Shown: piece after piece, positions 36,736 to 47,063 of the stretch | Layout of the letters: every line of letters starts with the position of its first letter | Numbering within the stretch: the first letter of the stretch is position 1 | IMG/VR virus record: IMGVR_UViG_3300042554_003148 | Reading direction: 5' to 3' (one strand) | Length of the DNA: 64,000 nucleotides | DNA from: an uncultured virus (IMG/VR IMGVR_UViG_3300042554_003148) | Taxonomy: Duplodnaviria; Heunggongvirae; Uroviricota; Caudoviricetes | Notes under the pieces: generated by a model | What the model saw: only the letters and a program-made list of their open reading frames with translations | Databases searched by the model: none | Told to the model about the DNA's origin: nothing | Translations under genes and position numbers: made by a program

Positions 36736-37265
36736 TTTTTCTTCCATAAAGTAAAAATATACCTATTATCACCGAATCCTGCTGGTTCAGGATCTCCAGC
36801 TCTTTCATATTTAAAATGAGACAAGTTTGTTAAACTATTATCAAAGATAATTTCACTAGCATTCTTAACTTTATTAAGCAGATTAATGTTGCATATACTT
36901 TGAACTGATCCATCGGGAATATTAATAACCTTGTTGTTGGTATTCAAAAAGTATTTACTATCAAAAATAAAAGCTAGATAAATTGTTTCACTAGAGCTAC
37001 TATTCTTAATTTGTCCTAATCCTAAACAAACAGGACAAACTCCTCCCTCTGGAAAAGGATTCGGTCCCGATCCATTATATATATTACTAGATAACAAAGA
37101 TATATTATCAAAAATACAATTATTACAATAAGTATTATTTATACTATTATCATATATTATCTTACAAGGTAAGCTTAGAGCATTGTTCTCTAATAAACTA
37201 TCAATAGCATTATTAAAGATACTTTTTAATTCACTCGAAATAAGACCACTAAAAGGATTGCTCAT
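36732..37265 (-). CDS. Probable head-closure protein with Zn-ribbon cysteines
   Basis: YCNNC...CPVCLGLG; neck-cluster position. Confidence 0.5.
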   Translation of the reverse strand: MSNPFSGLISSELKSIFNNAIDSLLENNALSLPCKIIYDNSINNTYCNNCIFDNISLLSSNIYNGSGPNPFPEGGVCPVCLGLGQIKNSSSSETIYLAFIFDSKYFLNTNNKVINIPDGSVQSICNINLLNKVKNASEIIFDNSLTNLSHFKYERAGDPEPAGFGDNRYIFTLWKKK

Positions 37266-37459
37266 TGTTTAATACTGATAGATAAAATAGGAGAATTTTT
37301 AAGACTAATGCTAGTGTCTGCAATTTGTGTAGAACCAGAAACAACTTGTTTTCTAATTGCTATAGTATTGGTAATAGAATTTATATTAATCAAATTTAAT
37401 ATTTGAACAGATGCTGAGACATTTTTTGTATTGGTATAAGAAGTAGAATTAATTATCAT
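37262..37459 (-). CDS. Hypothetical protein
   Basis: 65-aa ORF overlapping both neighbours. Confidence 0.5.
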   Translation of the reverse strand: MIINSTSYTNTKNVSASVQILNLININSITNTIAIRKQVVSGSTQIADTSISLKNSPILSISIKQ

Positions 37460-37683
37460 ATAGTTTTAGGTTCTCCAATAAGTCCTGGGCCAGCAGGAGC
37501 ATAAGGGGCTTCAGGATCATTTATAGAGAGTATGCATAATTGTGCCCAGTTATCTGCTTCATTATAATTATTCCAAGGATCACCATTTGGCCAGTTTGGT
37601 TGATATATTACCGGAACATTATTGCCGGATACGAATATATTAACAGCAAAAGTTGAATTATCGATACTGTATATTAAATTCAT
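37456..37683 (-). CDS. Small hypothetical protein (possible fibre accessory)
   Basis: QPNWPNGDPW...EA..WA motif; follows the propeller gene. Confidence 0.55.
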   Translation of the reverse strand: MNLIYSIDNSTFAVNIFVSGNNVPVIYQPNWPNGDPWNNYNEADNWAQLCILSINDPEAPYAPAGPGLIGEPKTI

Positions 37684-37696
37684 AATTTTACCTTTA

Positions 37697-39238
37697 TTAA
37701 GAATTAAAAACTATATTTTTCCAGTTATTGTTACTTATAGATCTTTGTGTCCAAGTAATTCCATTTGACGAAGTAAATGATACTGATCCTATGCCGACAG
37801 CAACGAATGTATTATTTCCATATGTAATATCTCTCCATCTAAATCCAAGTCCTGTTCCTTGTGTCCATGAAATACCGTCACTAGAGTATGCTGTTATAGA
37901 ACTATTATCGATAAGAGTTACATAGGTATTATTCCCATATGCTAAACATTGCCATAGTTGTGCTGATGGCAGAGTAGATGAACTCCACGAGATTCCATCA
38001 CTACTATAAAGAACAGTATCGGTATTATAACCTATTAGTACAAACTTATTATTACTATATACAATATCTGTCCAGTCTCCGGATACTGGTAGTGCTCTTT
38101 GAGTCCATGTAATACCATCAGACGATGTGGCTATTACAGAAGAACTACTGGCTACAGCGACATAAGTACTATTGCCATATGCTGCTGCAACCCAATTAGC
38201 ATTTGGTAATATAAAAGAATTCCATGTTACTAAATCTGTGGAATATAAGCCCGTAGAACTATTAGCAAATACTAAATATTTATTATTACCATAGATGGTT
38301 TTTGTAAATAAATTATTAGGATGACCTATACTATAGGTATTATCTGACCACGATATCCCATTTGTTGATTTATCAAAATTGCTACTGTTATACGCTATAG
38401 CTAAATAACCATATGGTCCATATGATAGTCCATTCCAGATTCTATTATTAGAAAAATTACCATTTGTCCATGTTTCTCCATTGCTAGATCTTGCATTAAC
38501 GGAATTATCTGTTGCTGCAATAAATAGAGGACTAATCGATTGTGTTGCTGTTGGAGAGGGAGTAACTGTAGTAGTAGCTGTTGGCGTAGCTGTTGAGGTT
38601 AATGATGGGGTTGGCGTTAGAGTAGACGCAGGAGTTGCTGTTGGCGTAGGAGTATTTGTTGATGTTATTGTGGGCGTTGATGTTTGAGTATATGATGGTG
38701 TTGGCGTAACAGAAGAAGTGTTGGTTGGTGTTGATGTTTGTGTTACGGTTGGAGTTGTGGTTAATGTTGGTGTTGATGTTTGTGTTACGGTTGGAGTTGT
38801 GGTTAATGTTGGTGTTTGTGTTTGTGTAGATGTTGTGGTTGGCGTAGTGGTATTGGTCGGTGTTGCTGTTAGCGTCGCAGTATTGGTTGGTGTTACTGTT
38901 GGTGTCGCAGTATTGGTTGGTGTTGCTGTTGGTGTTTGACCGACAGAAGCGGTTGGTGTCGGCGTTTGAGAACTTGTAGTTGTAACTGTTGGAGTAACTG
39001 TTGGAGTATTGGTGGGCGATGGCGTTGGAGTGATATTGGATGGGCTTAGATTTCCATTATTACAACATAACCAGTAATAATTAGGATCGTTAAAATTAAG
39101 AGAATATAAATTTTGTATAGTATTTATAGAAGGATCAACATCTTTACTGGTATCCAAAGTCTGAAAAGATGTTCCAGTTTTAACTATACTACGACCATTA
39201 TTGATATTATTCGCACTAATAGACTTATCTATAGTCAT
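37697..39238 (-). CDS. Thr/Pro-rich stalk plus BNR/Asp-box-like beta-propeller (adhesin-like virion protein)
   Basis: Long TP-rich linker, then repeats of YGNNT(Y/F)VAV...SSDGI(T/S)WT. Confidence 0.8.
   Translation of the reverse strand: MTIDKSISANNINNGRSIVKTGTSFQTLDTSKDVDPSINTIQNLYSLNFNDPNYYWLCCNNGNLSPSNITPTPSPTNTPTVTPTVTTTSSQTPTPTASVGQTPTATPTNTATPTVTPTNTATLTATPTNTTTPTTTSTQTQTPTLTTTPTVTQTSTPTLTTTPTVTQTSTPTNTSSVTPTPSYTQTSTPTITSTNTPTPTATPASTLTPTPSLTSTATPTATTTVTPSPTATQSISPLFIAATDNSVNARSSNGETWTNGNFSNNRIWNGLSYGPYGYLAIAYNSSNFDKSTNGISWSDNTYSIGHPNNLFTKTIYGNNKYLVFANSSTGLYSTDLVTWNSFILPNANWVAAAYGNSTYVAVASSSSVIATSSDGITWTQRALPVSGDWTDIVYSNNKFVLIGYNTDTVLYSSDGISWSSSTLPSAQLWQCLAYGNNTYVTLIDNSSITAYSSDGISWTQGTGLGFRWRDITYGNNTFVAVGIGSVSFTSSNGITWTQRSISNNNWKNIVFNS
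38540..39030 (-). repeat. Mucin-like TP(T/S) low-complexity repeat
   Basis: [15 protein letters not shown]...; includes an exact duplicated [14 protein letters not shown] unit. Confidence 0.9.
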
Positions 39239-39256
39239 AATAATAAATTTCTATTG

Positions 39257-40255
39257 TTAAAGGTCGCTGTTATAAGTGATAATAAGCTTCCATGAATCAA
39301 TGCTACCACTTCCGGATGGATCAGTGTCTTTAACTATTAATTGCCATACTCCGGTAACAGCATAATTAAATAAATGATCAAAAGAGTTATTTAGGGTCTC
39401 GCTATTATAATTTATTAATGAAGTCTTATCATATATTCTACAAGTTTGACCATTACTAATATTATGTAAATATTGATTACTATCAGATTTATTACTAAAC
39501 ATAAAACTAAAATTATTATTGAAATTTGGTATTTTTTGATTAGCAGAAAGTAAGATTTTGTTTCCACTGGGTGGGGCTAATAGCATAACCAAATCGGTTG
39601 GATTTGAATGACTAAGTTTATTAACTGCTAGTTCAATATTAGATATTAGTCCGGTATTGGTAACGGTTACCGATCCTGTAACAGTTGATAAGTCGTTGAT
39701 AATTAAACCGCTACCATTATATACTGTCGAAAATAAATCTAATGGTCCACAATCATATGGTAAGCAAAAATCTGTGATTTCGGTAGTTGTTGGCGTTGGT
39801 GTTAATGTACCTTGTGTTGGTGTCGGTGTCGGTGTTTGTGTAATTACTTCGCACGGTTCCACATTAAGATTACATTGAATATCAATAGGAGTATTTCTAT
39901 CAATGATAGTAATAATACCCTGAGAAAGCCTAATATTATTAAGTAGTGTTGTTTGATCCTTAATATCTAAATCATATGATGCAGAATCAAAATCAAAAGT
40001 ATTGGTAATTTCAGCACTTAGCTTTATATTAATTTGTCCCAAATTATTAGCATTTAAGCTCCATCCATGAGCTTCGTATATCGCTGGAGCCAAGCTAGAA
40101 TATCTACACACTCTAGTTTCATCGCCAGAAAGAAGCGAAAACTGTACACATTTATCTGTTAAATTAATAGGATTATTATTTTCATCAGTATATAAAAAAT
40201 TAATCTCAAAATCAGATCCTTTTTCAATATTAAAATTATAAATTGCTGCTACCAT
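39257..40255 (-). CDS. BppU-like N-terminal domain, TP linker, and proprotein-convertase P-domain
   Basis: N-terminus IEKGSDF.I.F.Y.D...NPINLT resembles 48938..49342. C-terminus LSHSNPTDLVMLLAPPSG...GVWQLIVKD...SGSIDSWKLII fits a P-domain. Confidence 0.75.
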   Translation of the reverse strand: MVAAIYNFNIEKGSDFEINFLYTDENNNPINLTDKCVQFSLLSGDETRVCRYSSLAPAIYEAHGWSLNANNLGQINIKLSAEITNTFDFDSASYDLDIKDQTTLLNNIRLSQGIITIIDRNTPIDIQCNLNVEPCEVITQTPTPTPTQGTLTPTPTTTEITDFCLPYDCGPLDLFSTVYNGSGLIINDLSTVTGSVTVTNTGLISNIELAVNKLSHSNPTDLVMLLAPPSGNKILLSANQKIPNFNNNFSFMFSNKSDSNQYLHNISNGQTCRIYDKTSLINYNSETLNNSFDHLFNYAVTGVWQLIVKDTDPSGSGSIDSWKLIITYNSDL

Positions 40256-40266
40256 AAAATTTCCTA

Positions 40267-40785
40267 TTAGCTATAAAGGTCTCTAGCGTGATCACCAGGA
40301 TATCGTAAATAACTCGGATCAAAATTATTACCAACAAACGGACTAAGAATACCCCGTAGTAAGCTAGTATTACCTATTTCATAATCAAGTTTTAGATCCT
40401 CATACATTTTACAAGGACCATTAACTAAAAGAAATTGATAAGAGCTATTTCCACCAACACTAATATTAGCTGGTCCTAAAGCGGCTCTGATACCCTCTGT
40501 AGCGGCCCGTGTGCGTAAACTACTTTGATCTAAAAAGCAAGACGATTTTAATGCTATAAAACTAATAAAATCTACATCTTTATTTTCTAAAAGAGTAGGA
40601 TCAGGAATTATATCAGGATTGATAATATTAATACTATATTCGTTATTTAAATTAACTTCTCTTGTAACGTATTGAGCCGCTACAACTATTAGTTGCTGGA
40701 TTCTTTCGTCACTATATGTTGGATTATCACTAAGATCATTAATTAAACTACGAACTATAATTGGTATTTCTAGCTGCCAGCTCAT
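40267..40785 (-). CDS. Probable head-tail adaptor
   Basis: IVRSLINDL....YSDERI pattern typical of gp6/gp15-like adaptors; preceded by a promoter box. Confidence 0.6.
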   Translation of the reverse strand: MSWQLEIPIIVRSLINDLSDNPTYSDERIQQLIVVAAQYVTREVNLNNEYSINIINPDIIPDPTLLENKDVDFISFIALKSSCFLDQSSLRTRAATEGIRAALGPANISVGGNSSYQFLLVNGPCKMYEDLKLDYEIGNTSLLRGILSPFVGNNFDPSYLRYPGDHARDLYS

Positions 40786-40811
40786 AGGGTATCCCCTGAA
40801 GGTTAGTATTT

Positions 40812-40823
40812 AACTTATACACC
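40812..40823 (-). promoter_or_regulatory. Putative late promoter box GGTGTATAAGTT
   Basis: Intergenic, upstream of 40785. Confidence 0.55.
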
Positions 40824-40855
40824 ATTTTATAAAGTAGCAACTAGCTTAATACGCT

Positions 40856-41041
40856 TCAGGTCGGAGCTGGTGAATTTGATCCAACTTTATTATTTTGTTC
40901 AGTTAAATTCTTGCTTATAGAACTTAGTTTCTCATAAAGCTGACCAATAGCGACCAAATCACTGGCCTTAAAAACCCCCCTTTGAGTAGCAAGATCAATA
41001 ACCACCATTAGATTCTGAATATCGCCTTGATTTAATTCCAT
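40856..41041 (-). CDS. Small hypothetical protein
   Basis: 61 aa; IDLATQRGVFKASDL..IG.LY motif, co-oriented with neighbours. Confidence 0.6.
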   Translation of the reverse strand: MELNQGDIQNLMVVIDLATQRGVFKASDLVAIGQLYEKLSSISKNLTEQNNKVGSNSPAPT

Positions 41042-41052
41042 AGTTTTTCCCT

Positions 41053-41376
41053 TTATTCTGGACTATTAATTGGAGCAATAACACCCTGTTCTGCTCCTGC
41101 TTTTCCTATATATAATAGTAATGATTGCACTATATTTGCAAGGTCACTATCTTCTGCGCTTTTGCTTAATAAATTATCAATAACTAACCAAGTTCCATTA
41201 TCGCCGGGCATATATTCTGCCACACCATCAAATACTCCAAATTTTTTCAAACGAACTCTAGCGGTAGCCTCACCGCCCAAAGTTCCCGCACTAATAATTA
41301 TTTCTTCAACCCATAATTTATCATATGTTTTTGCTGGAACTGTGGATACTATTGCTGGACTTAAAACTGGTAACAT
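41053..41376 (-). CDS. Hypothetical protein (possible fibre chaperone)
   Basis: 107 aa, directly after the S74 fibre gene. Confidence 0.6.
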   Translation of the reverse strand: MLPVLSPAIVSTVPAKTYDKLWVEEIIISAGTLGGEATARVRLKKFGVFDGVAEYMPGDNGTWLVIDNLLSKSAEDSDLANIVQSLLLYIGKAGAEQGVIAPINSPE

Positions 41377-41377
41377 A

Positions 41378-44245
41378 TTAATTTCCTTCTAGAATGGATA
41401 AACGGTCTTTTAAGTTATTGATCATAATTTGTTGTTCTTGTATAGCTTTAATCAAAAGTGAAACCATATTGCTATAATGTATAGCATCTGGCCTATTTTG
41501 ATTATCATATTGTACAAATTCTGTTAATCCTATTTCATCTACTTCTTCGGCAATTAAACCACCAAATATTTTGTCTCCATCGTTATGGCTTTTAAATGTT
41601 ACACTTCTTAATTGTAAAACTTCATTTAGTCCATGAGTGGCATCATTTATGTTGGTTTTATATCTTAGTGATGATGTTGATCTATATAAAAATCCATCAC
41701 TACCAACTACCACATTAGCAGCAGTAGATGTTAGATTATTATATGGAGAAACTGATGCTGTTCCAGTATTTATGGCTCCGTCATCTCTTGTATATAAAAG
41801 AGCTGCTCCACTACTATTCGAAACATAAAAAGAAACTGTTGAACTAGTAGCTCCAGATCCTCTTACCTCAAAACGATATGTTGGCGATACACCAATGCCA
41901 GTATTACCACCAAAATAATTTTTACCAGTATGTTCTACATATATACCCCATCTGTTAGTAACTGTAGCACCAGAACTAGCATCACTACAATAAATATCGA
42001 AAGCATTTGTTATTGTTCCGGTAGCTCTCCATAGTAAATGTTGTATTCCAATTGCTGTTGTAGTTACTGGTGAAACAGCAGAGGTATTATAATGACCATA
42101 TTGATTATATATACCATATAATGCACTTAATGTGCCAATATCATTAGTTAATGCATAATTACGTAGATTATTATTAGCTATACCAATACTACTACCACTA
42201 TTTGTTATTCCAGAATTAATCTTAAAATATGTATTTATAGCTACATTTCTGATAGCATAATTACCATTAGTTGTAGCATAACTATATGTGGCGCTTGATA
42301 GATTATCTCCAGTATTGGTATTGGTAAAATCTTTTATAGCTACTAAAGATGGATTTGTAGTATACGAATCTGTTCTTGTTCCACCTCCAATAACTAATTT
42401 ATAATCATTAGAAGGAGATGCTCCTAGTCCAGTATTACCGCCACTTTGTACTGTTAGTAATGTGCTGTCACCAGCTCCATAACCACTATTTTCTATTAAT
42501 TTTAGAGATCTTGTCCCACTTGAAGCATCGTTTTGCCATGCGAAACCACCTTTTCCATTAACATCAATTTGAATAGCAGCTTTGCCAGTACCACCACTTG
42601 TTGTTTGTAAACCTTGGGTTGTTATCAGTCCATCGCTAGCTGTTGTATAGGATAATATACGACCCCTAATATCAACTTTAAATCCACTACTGACTGAACT
42701 TGTTCCTATTCCAACATCTCCAGTTTGATTAATTCTTAATCTTTCTGACCACGTTGCAGAATTAGCTCTATTGCCAATAATGAGAGATCCATCATCCGCA
42801 CCTAGAATTTTAACGCCATATCCGCTACCAAAAACGCTAGCCTTAAATTCTATACCACCAGTTGCAGCAAGTGTAGTTACACTACTTTCATTAATCTGTA
42901 ATGTACCCTCATAAGTGGCTCTAGCTGCTGAAATATTTGATGATCCACCCGCAATCATTAAACGAGTATTTGCAGAATTAGCTTCGCCTATTGTTACATT
43001 TCCATTAGCGGCTATTCTCATAGCCTCAGAAAAACCAGCCCTCATAAACTTAAAGACACCGGTAGTATTGTTACCACCAAGACCCACCACCATATTACTA
43101 CCATCAATTAACTCAAGAACTCTAGTTTCATTATTACATTGATCAATTAAAGTGGCATTGTTTTGAGCGTCATCATGAAGTATTATTTCTCCACCATTTT
43201 CGTTATAGTTAAATCTATGAGAAATTGACCCACTGTTTAGTTTAAAATCAATATTATTACTTGCTGTGATTCTAATCTTTTCTGTAGCAGCACTATTAGA
43301 TCCGCTAGTAACAAATATTGTCATTCCATCAAAATAATCAGCATTAATACGCCCCATTTCTACATTAGATCTTCTAAAACTGATTCCAGCACCATTAGAA
43401 AATCCACCACTAACTTCAGCAATAATGACCTGTTCTTCTGATGTTGTTGAATTATAAACATGCAAATGAGATGAAGGGCTACTTGTTCCTATTCCAACAT
43501 TTCCAGAACTATCAATAACAAACGGAGAAGTATCACCAGTAACATCATTAACAACAAAACAGTTTCCAGTACCATCATGAGTAATAGTAAGGGGTACATT
43601 TGTACCGCTAGAACTAATTGTAATTCCAGTTGAGAAAACCGTAGCAGCGGTAAATGTTTTAGCACCACTAATAGTTTGAGTTCCAGTAGTTCGTACAACC
43701 GTACTATCAACAGCTATACTATCCGCACTAACACTTATTCCATCGCCCTGACCAATATCTATTGTTCTATTTGCCGCAAGACTTCCACCACCAGCCAATC
43801 CGCTTCCTGCGGTAATAGTGGTACTAGTATCTGCCTTAGTACCTATTTGAGTTTGTATTGCACTTGTTACACCCTTAACATAACTTAATTCTGTAAGTGA
43901 AGGATAAGTACTAGTACTAAGAGAAACAACATTCTTATTAGCATCAAAACTTGCTACTGTACTAGCCGTTTGATTAGATATAACTAATCCACTAGCAAAA
44001 TTTCCGCTACCAGTTACATTTAATAAGCTTCCATCAAAAGATAAATTACTTTCAGCATTAATTCCAACGGTTGATCCGGTGCTAGTTAGAATTCTATTAT
44101 CACCACTGTTACTTATAGTTGGAAGTAATCCACTAACACTACTATTAAAATTACTATTATTAATATTTAAAGTAGTAAAATATCCACTAACTGCTGTTAT
44201 TGTTCCACTAGTAGTTAAATCATGATCATTAAAATTAATACTCAT
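41378..44245 (-). CDS. Fibre/spike protein with C-terminal intramolecular chaperone (peptidase S74)
   Basis: GNVGIGTSSP repeats; SSLRYKTNI...GLIAEEV...Y..MVSLLIKAIQE coiled-coil end. Confidence 0.85.
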   Translation of the reverse strand: MSINFNDHDLTTSGTITAVSGYFTTLNINNSNFNSSVSGLLPTISNSGDNRILTSTGSTVGINAESNLSFDGSLLNVTGSGNFASGLVISNQTASTVASFDANKNVVSLSTSTYPSLTELSYVKGVTSAIQTQIGTKADTSTTITAGSGLAGGGSLAANRTIDIGQGDGISVSADSIAVDSTVVRTTGTQTISGAKTFTAATVFSTGITISSSGTNVPLTITHDGTGNCFVVNDVTGDTSPFVIDSSGNVGIGTSSPSSHLHVYNSTTSEEQVIIAEVSGGFSNGAGISFRRSNVEMGRINADYFDGMTIFVTSGSNSAATEKIRITASNNIDFKLNSGSISHRFNYNENGGEIILHDDAQNNATLIDQCNNETRVLELIDGSNMVVGLGGNNTTGVFKFMRAGFSEAMRIAANGNVTIGEANSANTRLMIAGGSSNISAARATYEGTLQINESSVTTLAATGGIEFKASVFGSGYGVKILGADDGSLIIGNRANSATWSERLRINQTGDVGIGTSSVSSGFKVDIRGRILSYTTASDGLITTQGLQTTSGGTGKAAIQIDVNGKGGFAWQNDASSGTRSLKLIENSGYGAGDSTLLTVQSGGNTGLGASPSNDYKLVIGGGTRTDSYTTNPSLVAIKDFTNTNTGDNLSSATYSYATTNGNYAIRNVAINTYFKINSGITNSGSSIGIANNNLRNYALTNDIGTLSALYGIYNQYGHYNTSAVSPVTTTAIGIQHLLWRATGTITNAFDIYCSDASSGATVTNRWGIYVEHTGKNYFGGNTGIGVSPTYRFEVRGSGATSSTVSFYVSNSSGAALLYTRDDGAINTGTASVSPYNNLTSTAANVVVGSDGFLYRSTSSLRYKTNINDATHGLNEVLQLRSVTFKSHNDGDKIFGGLIAEEVDEIGLTEFVQYDNQNRPDAIHYSNMVSLLIKAIQEQQIMINNLKDRLSILEGN

Positions 44246-44256
44246 AGATCTCTCTT

Positions 44257-47031
44257 TTATGGAATAAAGTTATATTTTTGTCCACCCATATAAGGTGGAG
44301 TAACTGTTGGTGTGGGCGTTGGTGTTTTTGTTACAGTATTTGTGACCGTTGGTGTTATCGTAGGAGTTGTTGTTGGTGTGGTTGTTGCGGAAGGAGTTGG
44401 GGTTGGACTAGAAGCCACTCCACTATAAATTGTTTGAACCAAATCTACTCCTGCTGTCCAAAGAATATTATTACTATTTAATCCATTAACATTAATATCT
44501 AAGCTATATGTTCCGGTATTGGCCACAACAGTTGCTGTTACTCCATTAAGACTGCTATCAATAAAGTTTTCTTCTATAAGTGATCCAACCAATGATGTTG
44601 TTGAGCTATTTCTTTTAATACACCCTCTAAAATTCCAACTAGCAGCACCCTCATTGGTACTACTAAAACAATTTAAATTAATACTAAAATTCCATACGCT
44701 ATTTGATGATAATACTAATTTAGAACTTACTCCATCGGTATATAGAGTTGTTGAACTATTATCTGATGTACTATTTCTAACAGTAAGCGAGCTTTTTTGA
44801 GAATCACCAGTAATATTAAAATAGCCATTACTCAATCCTAAGTTTCCGTACGGATCGGTTGTGCCAATTCCTAATTTATTTCCACTAGATAAAAATATTA
44901 ATCCGCTTTCGGCATCTATTCCTGTGCTACTTCCATCACTAGTTAATAATCTATTATCAGAGTAATTATTTATTGATACTCCACCAGCCGATCCAGTATA
45001 TGCTATATTGATTATATTACTACTATCATTATAACTAATATTAATTCCACTAATTCCAACTAGTAAATCATTTACTCTATCATCAACAGCCTCATCCCAG
45101 TTGGTAATATCGCTATTTGTATGAGTGTGACCACTTAAACTTACGCCAGTACCATTAACTTGTAAACTTTGAGTAAAATTACCGCTAGGAGCGCTAATAC
45201 TTCCAGTAAAAGTTGCTCCGCTAAGATTTGCTTTACCAGCTAAAGTATTTGTAATCGTTGTGCTAAAATTAGCATCGTTTCCTAGCGCTGCTGCTAACTC
45301 ATTCAAAGTATCCAGGGTAGATGGCGCAGAATTTACAAGATTACTAATTTCTGTTCTTACAAATGAGGTACTAGCTATTTGATTAGTATTTGTACCACTA
45401 GTTGCTGTTGGAACTAATGGAACTCCTGTAAAAGTTGGACTATTGTTAAATACTAATAATCCAGAACCAGTCTCATCGGATATTACTGAACTTAATTGAG
45501 ACGATGTAGTATTTGCAAATTGATTTAATGTTCCTGTTAATGGAGCATATATACCATTAACCAAACCACTAACAGATGAGTTAAAATTAGTTATATCACT
45601 AGAACTATGAGTATGACCACTAAGACTAACTCCAATATTATTAACGGCTAGATTTGTAAAATTTCCACTAGTAGAATTTATTAGCCCATTAGACGTAAGT
45701 CCATTAACGAAATTATGAATTGCATTAACTGTTCGATTATTATCCACATGTAAATATTGAGAGTGATCATCATCACCTAACCCGAACAAATTTCCGTGAT
45801 CATTCTGAGTAACTCCAGCAATAGTGCTAATTACGGCTACTCGTATATCAAGAATACTAAGTAACGTACATTTAGGAACATTTGTATAATCGCTATCGCC
45901 AGCAAATATTAATCGATAAAGAGGTTTAACTTCGCTTAATGGAAGATTAGTAAGATTAACATCACCCCAAGAGTTATTGCTCTCAGCCGATCCTTGATTG
46001 CTATCAATTCTTTGACCCATAATACTAATAATAGGATCGTCTATTTGATTTGTAGCAAGAATCCATACTGCGAAGTATCTTGTTTGTCCACCGGGACTAA
46101 CATCAGGGATTGTCCAATTGCCACCAGTTAATAAGTTATATTGTGGTCCATTAGCGCCATATTTAACAGGATAGTCTGTTGCGGTATTCTTAACCCACTG
46201 ACCAGTAGTTCCCTCGTGATAATAAACCGGAATTTGAGCAATCGGACTTAACTCTTGACAGAACGGATCAGTACTAGAACTATCAGTAATATTTATCACA
46301 ATATCTTCTTGAAAAAGAGTACCATTACCAATTGATATGGTTGCATGACTATTACTAGACCCATTTCCACCTAAAACATAATTACCAATACTTAAACCGT
46401 CAACATATTGTGCGCCAAAAGTATAATGAATCCACTTGTGGGTGCTAGTGTCCATCACGATGCCGTGACGCTCTTCAGCAAAGAAAGTCATTTGTCCACT
46501 AGGATTAACTCCACTGTTCCAAGCTACATATGCGATAGGAATATCAGTAGAAAAATCAAAACCTGTAGTTTTATTTGATATTTGATTATTAATAGTATCA
46601 AAATGAATATAATTAATTTGAGTAAGATTTGGTATAGTTAAACTATCGCCACTAGTTTTAACAACTTTGATACCTTTATTGTAATAACTATATGAACTTC
46701 CTGTGGGTTCTATTCTAAATATGTTTCCACTAACACTAATTCTACTATCAGTTCTATTTACAAATCCTTGAGGCTGTTGACTATCAACATGGACTAAGTT
46801 TGTAGAAGCAATGGTATAAATACCACTATTATTAGTTATAGATATATCATATCCAGCCGCTATATTCTGATTGACTCCACTAAGCTGTGTCCAAACCGAA
46901 ATACCATCACCTATCTTAAAGATTTTATTAGTTAAATCATATCCTGGTTCACCGCTAGCTAATACTGGATTAGCACTACTCCATTCTGTACTGGAGCCTT
47001 TTCTGAATAGAATATAATCATTTACTGGCAT
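44257..47031 (-). CDS. Fibre protein with Mtd-N-like N-terminus, HTH(S/T)xSDIT repeats and TP tail
   Basis: FRKGSSTEWSSANPVLASGEPGYD....KIGDG; APSTLDTLNELAAALGNDANF fibre motif. Confidence 0.8.
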   Translation of the reverse strand: MPVNDYILFRKGSSTEWSSANPVLASGEPGYDLTNKIFKIGDGISVWTQLSGVNQNIAAGYDISITNNSGIYTIASTNLVHVDSQQPQGFVNRTDSRISVSGNIFRIEPTGSSYSYYNKGIKVVKTSGDSLTIPNLTQINYIHFDTINNQISNKTTGFDFSTDIPIAYVAWNSGVNPSGQMTFFAEERHGIVMDTSTHKWIHYTFGAQYVDGLSIGNYVLGGNGSSNSHATISIGNGTLFQEDIVINITDSSSTDPFCQELSPIAQIPVYYHEGTTGQWVKNTATDYPVKYGANGPQYNLLTGGNWTIPDVSPGGQTRYFAVWILATNQIDDPIISIMGQRIDSNQGSAESNNSWGDVNLTNLPLSEVKPLYRLIFAGDSDYTNVPKCTLLSILDIRVAVISTIAGVTQNDHGNLFGLGDDDHSQYLHVDNNRTVNAIHNFVNGLTSNGLINSTSGNFTNLAVNNIGVSLSGHTHSSSDITNFNSSVSGLVNGIYAPLTGTLNQFANTTSSQLSSVISDETGSGLLVFNNSPTFTGVPLVPTATSGTNTNQIASTSFVRTEISNLVNSAPSTLDTLNELAAALGNDANFSTTITNTLAGKANLSGATFTGSISAPSGNFTQSLQVNGTGVSLSGHTHTNSDITNWDEAVDDRVNDLLVGISGINISYNDSSNIINIAYTGSAGGVSINNYSDNRLLTSDGSSTGIDAESGLIFLSSGNKLGIGTTDPYGNLGLSNGYFNITGDSQKSSLTVRNSTSDNSSTTLYTDGVSSKLVLSSNSVWNFSINLNCFSSTNEGAASWNFRGCIKRNSSTTSLVGSLIEENFIDSSLNGVTATVVANTGTYSLDINVNGLNSNNILWTAGVDLVQTIYSGVASSPTPTPSATTTPTTTPTITPTVTNTVTKTPTPTPTVTPPYMGGQKYNFIP

Positions 47032-47063
47032 AAAATATCCTCAAAATCTACCAGTATTATAAA

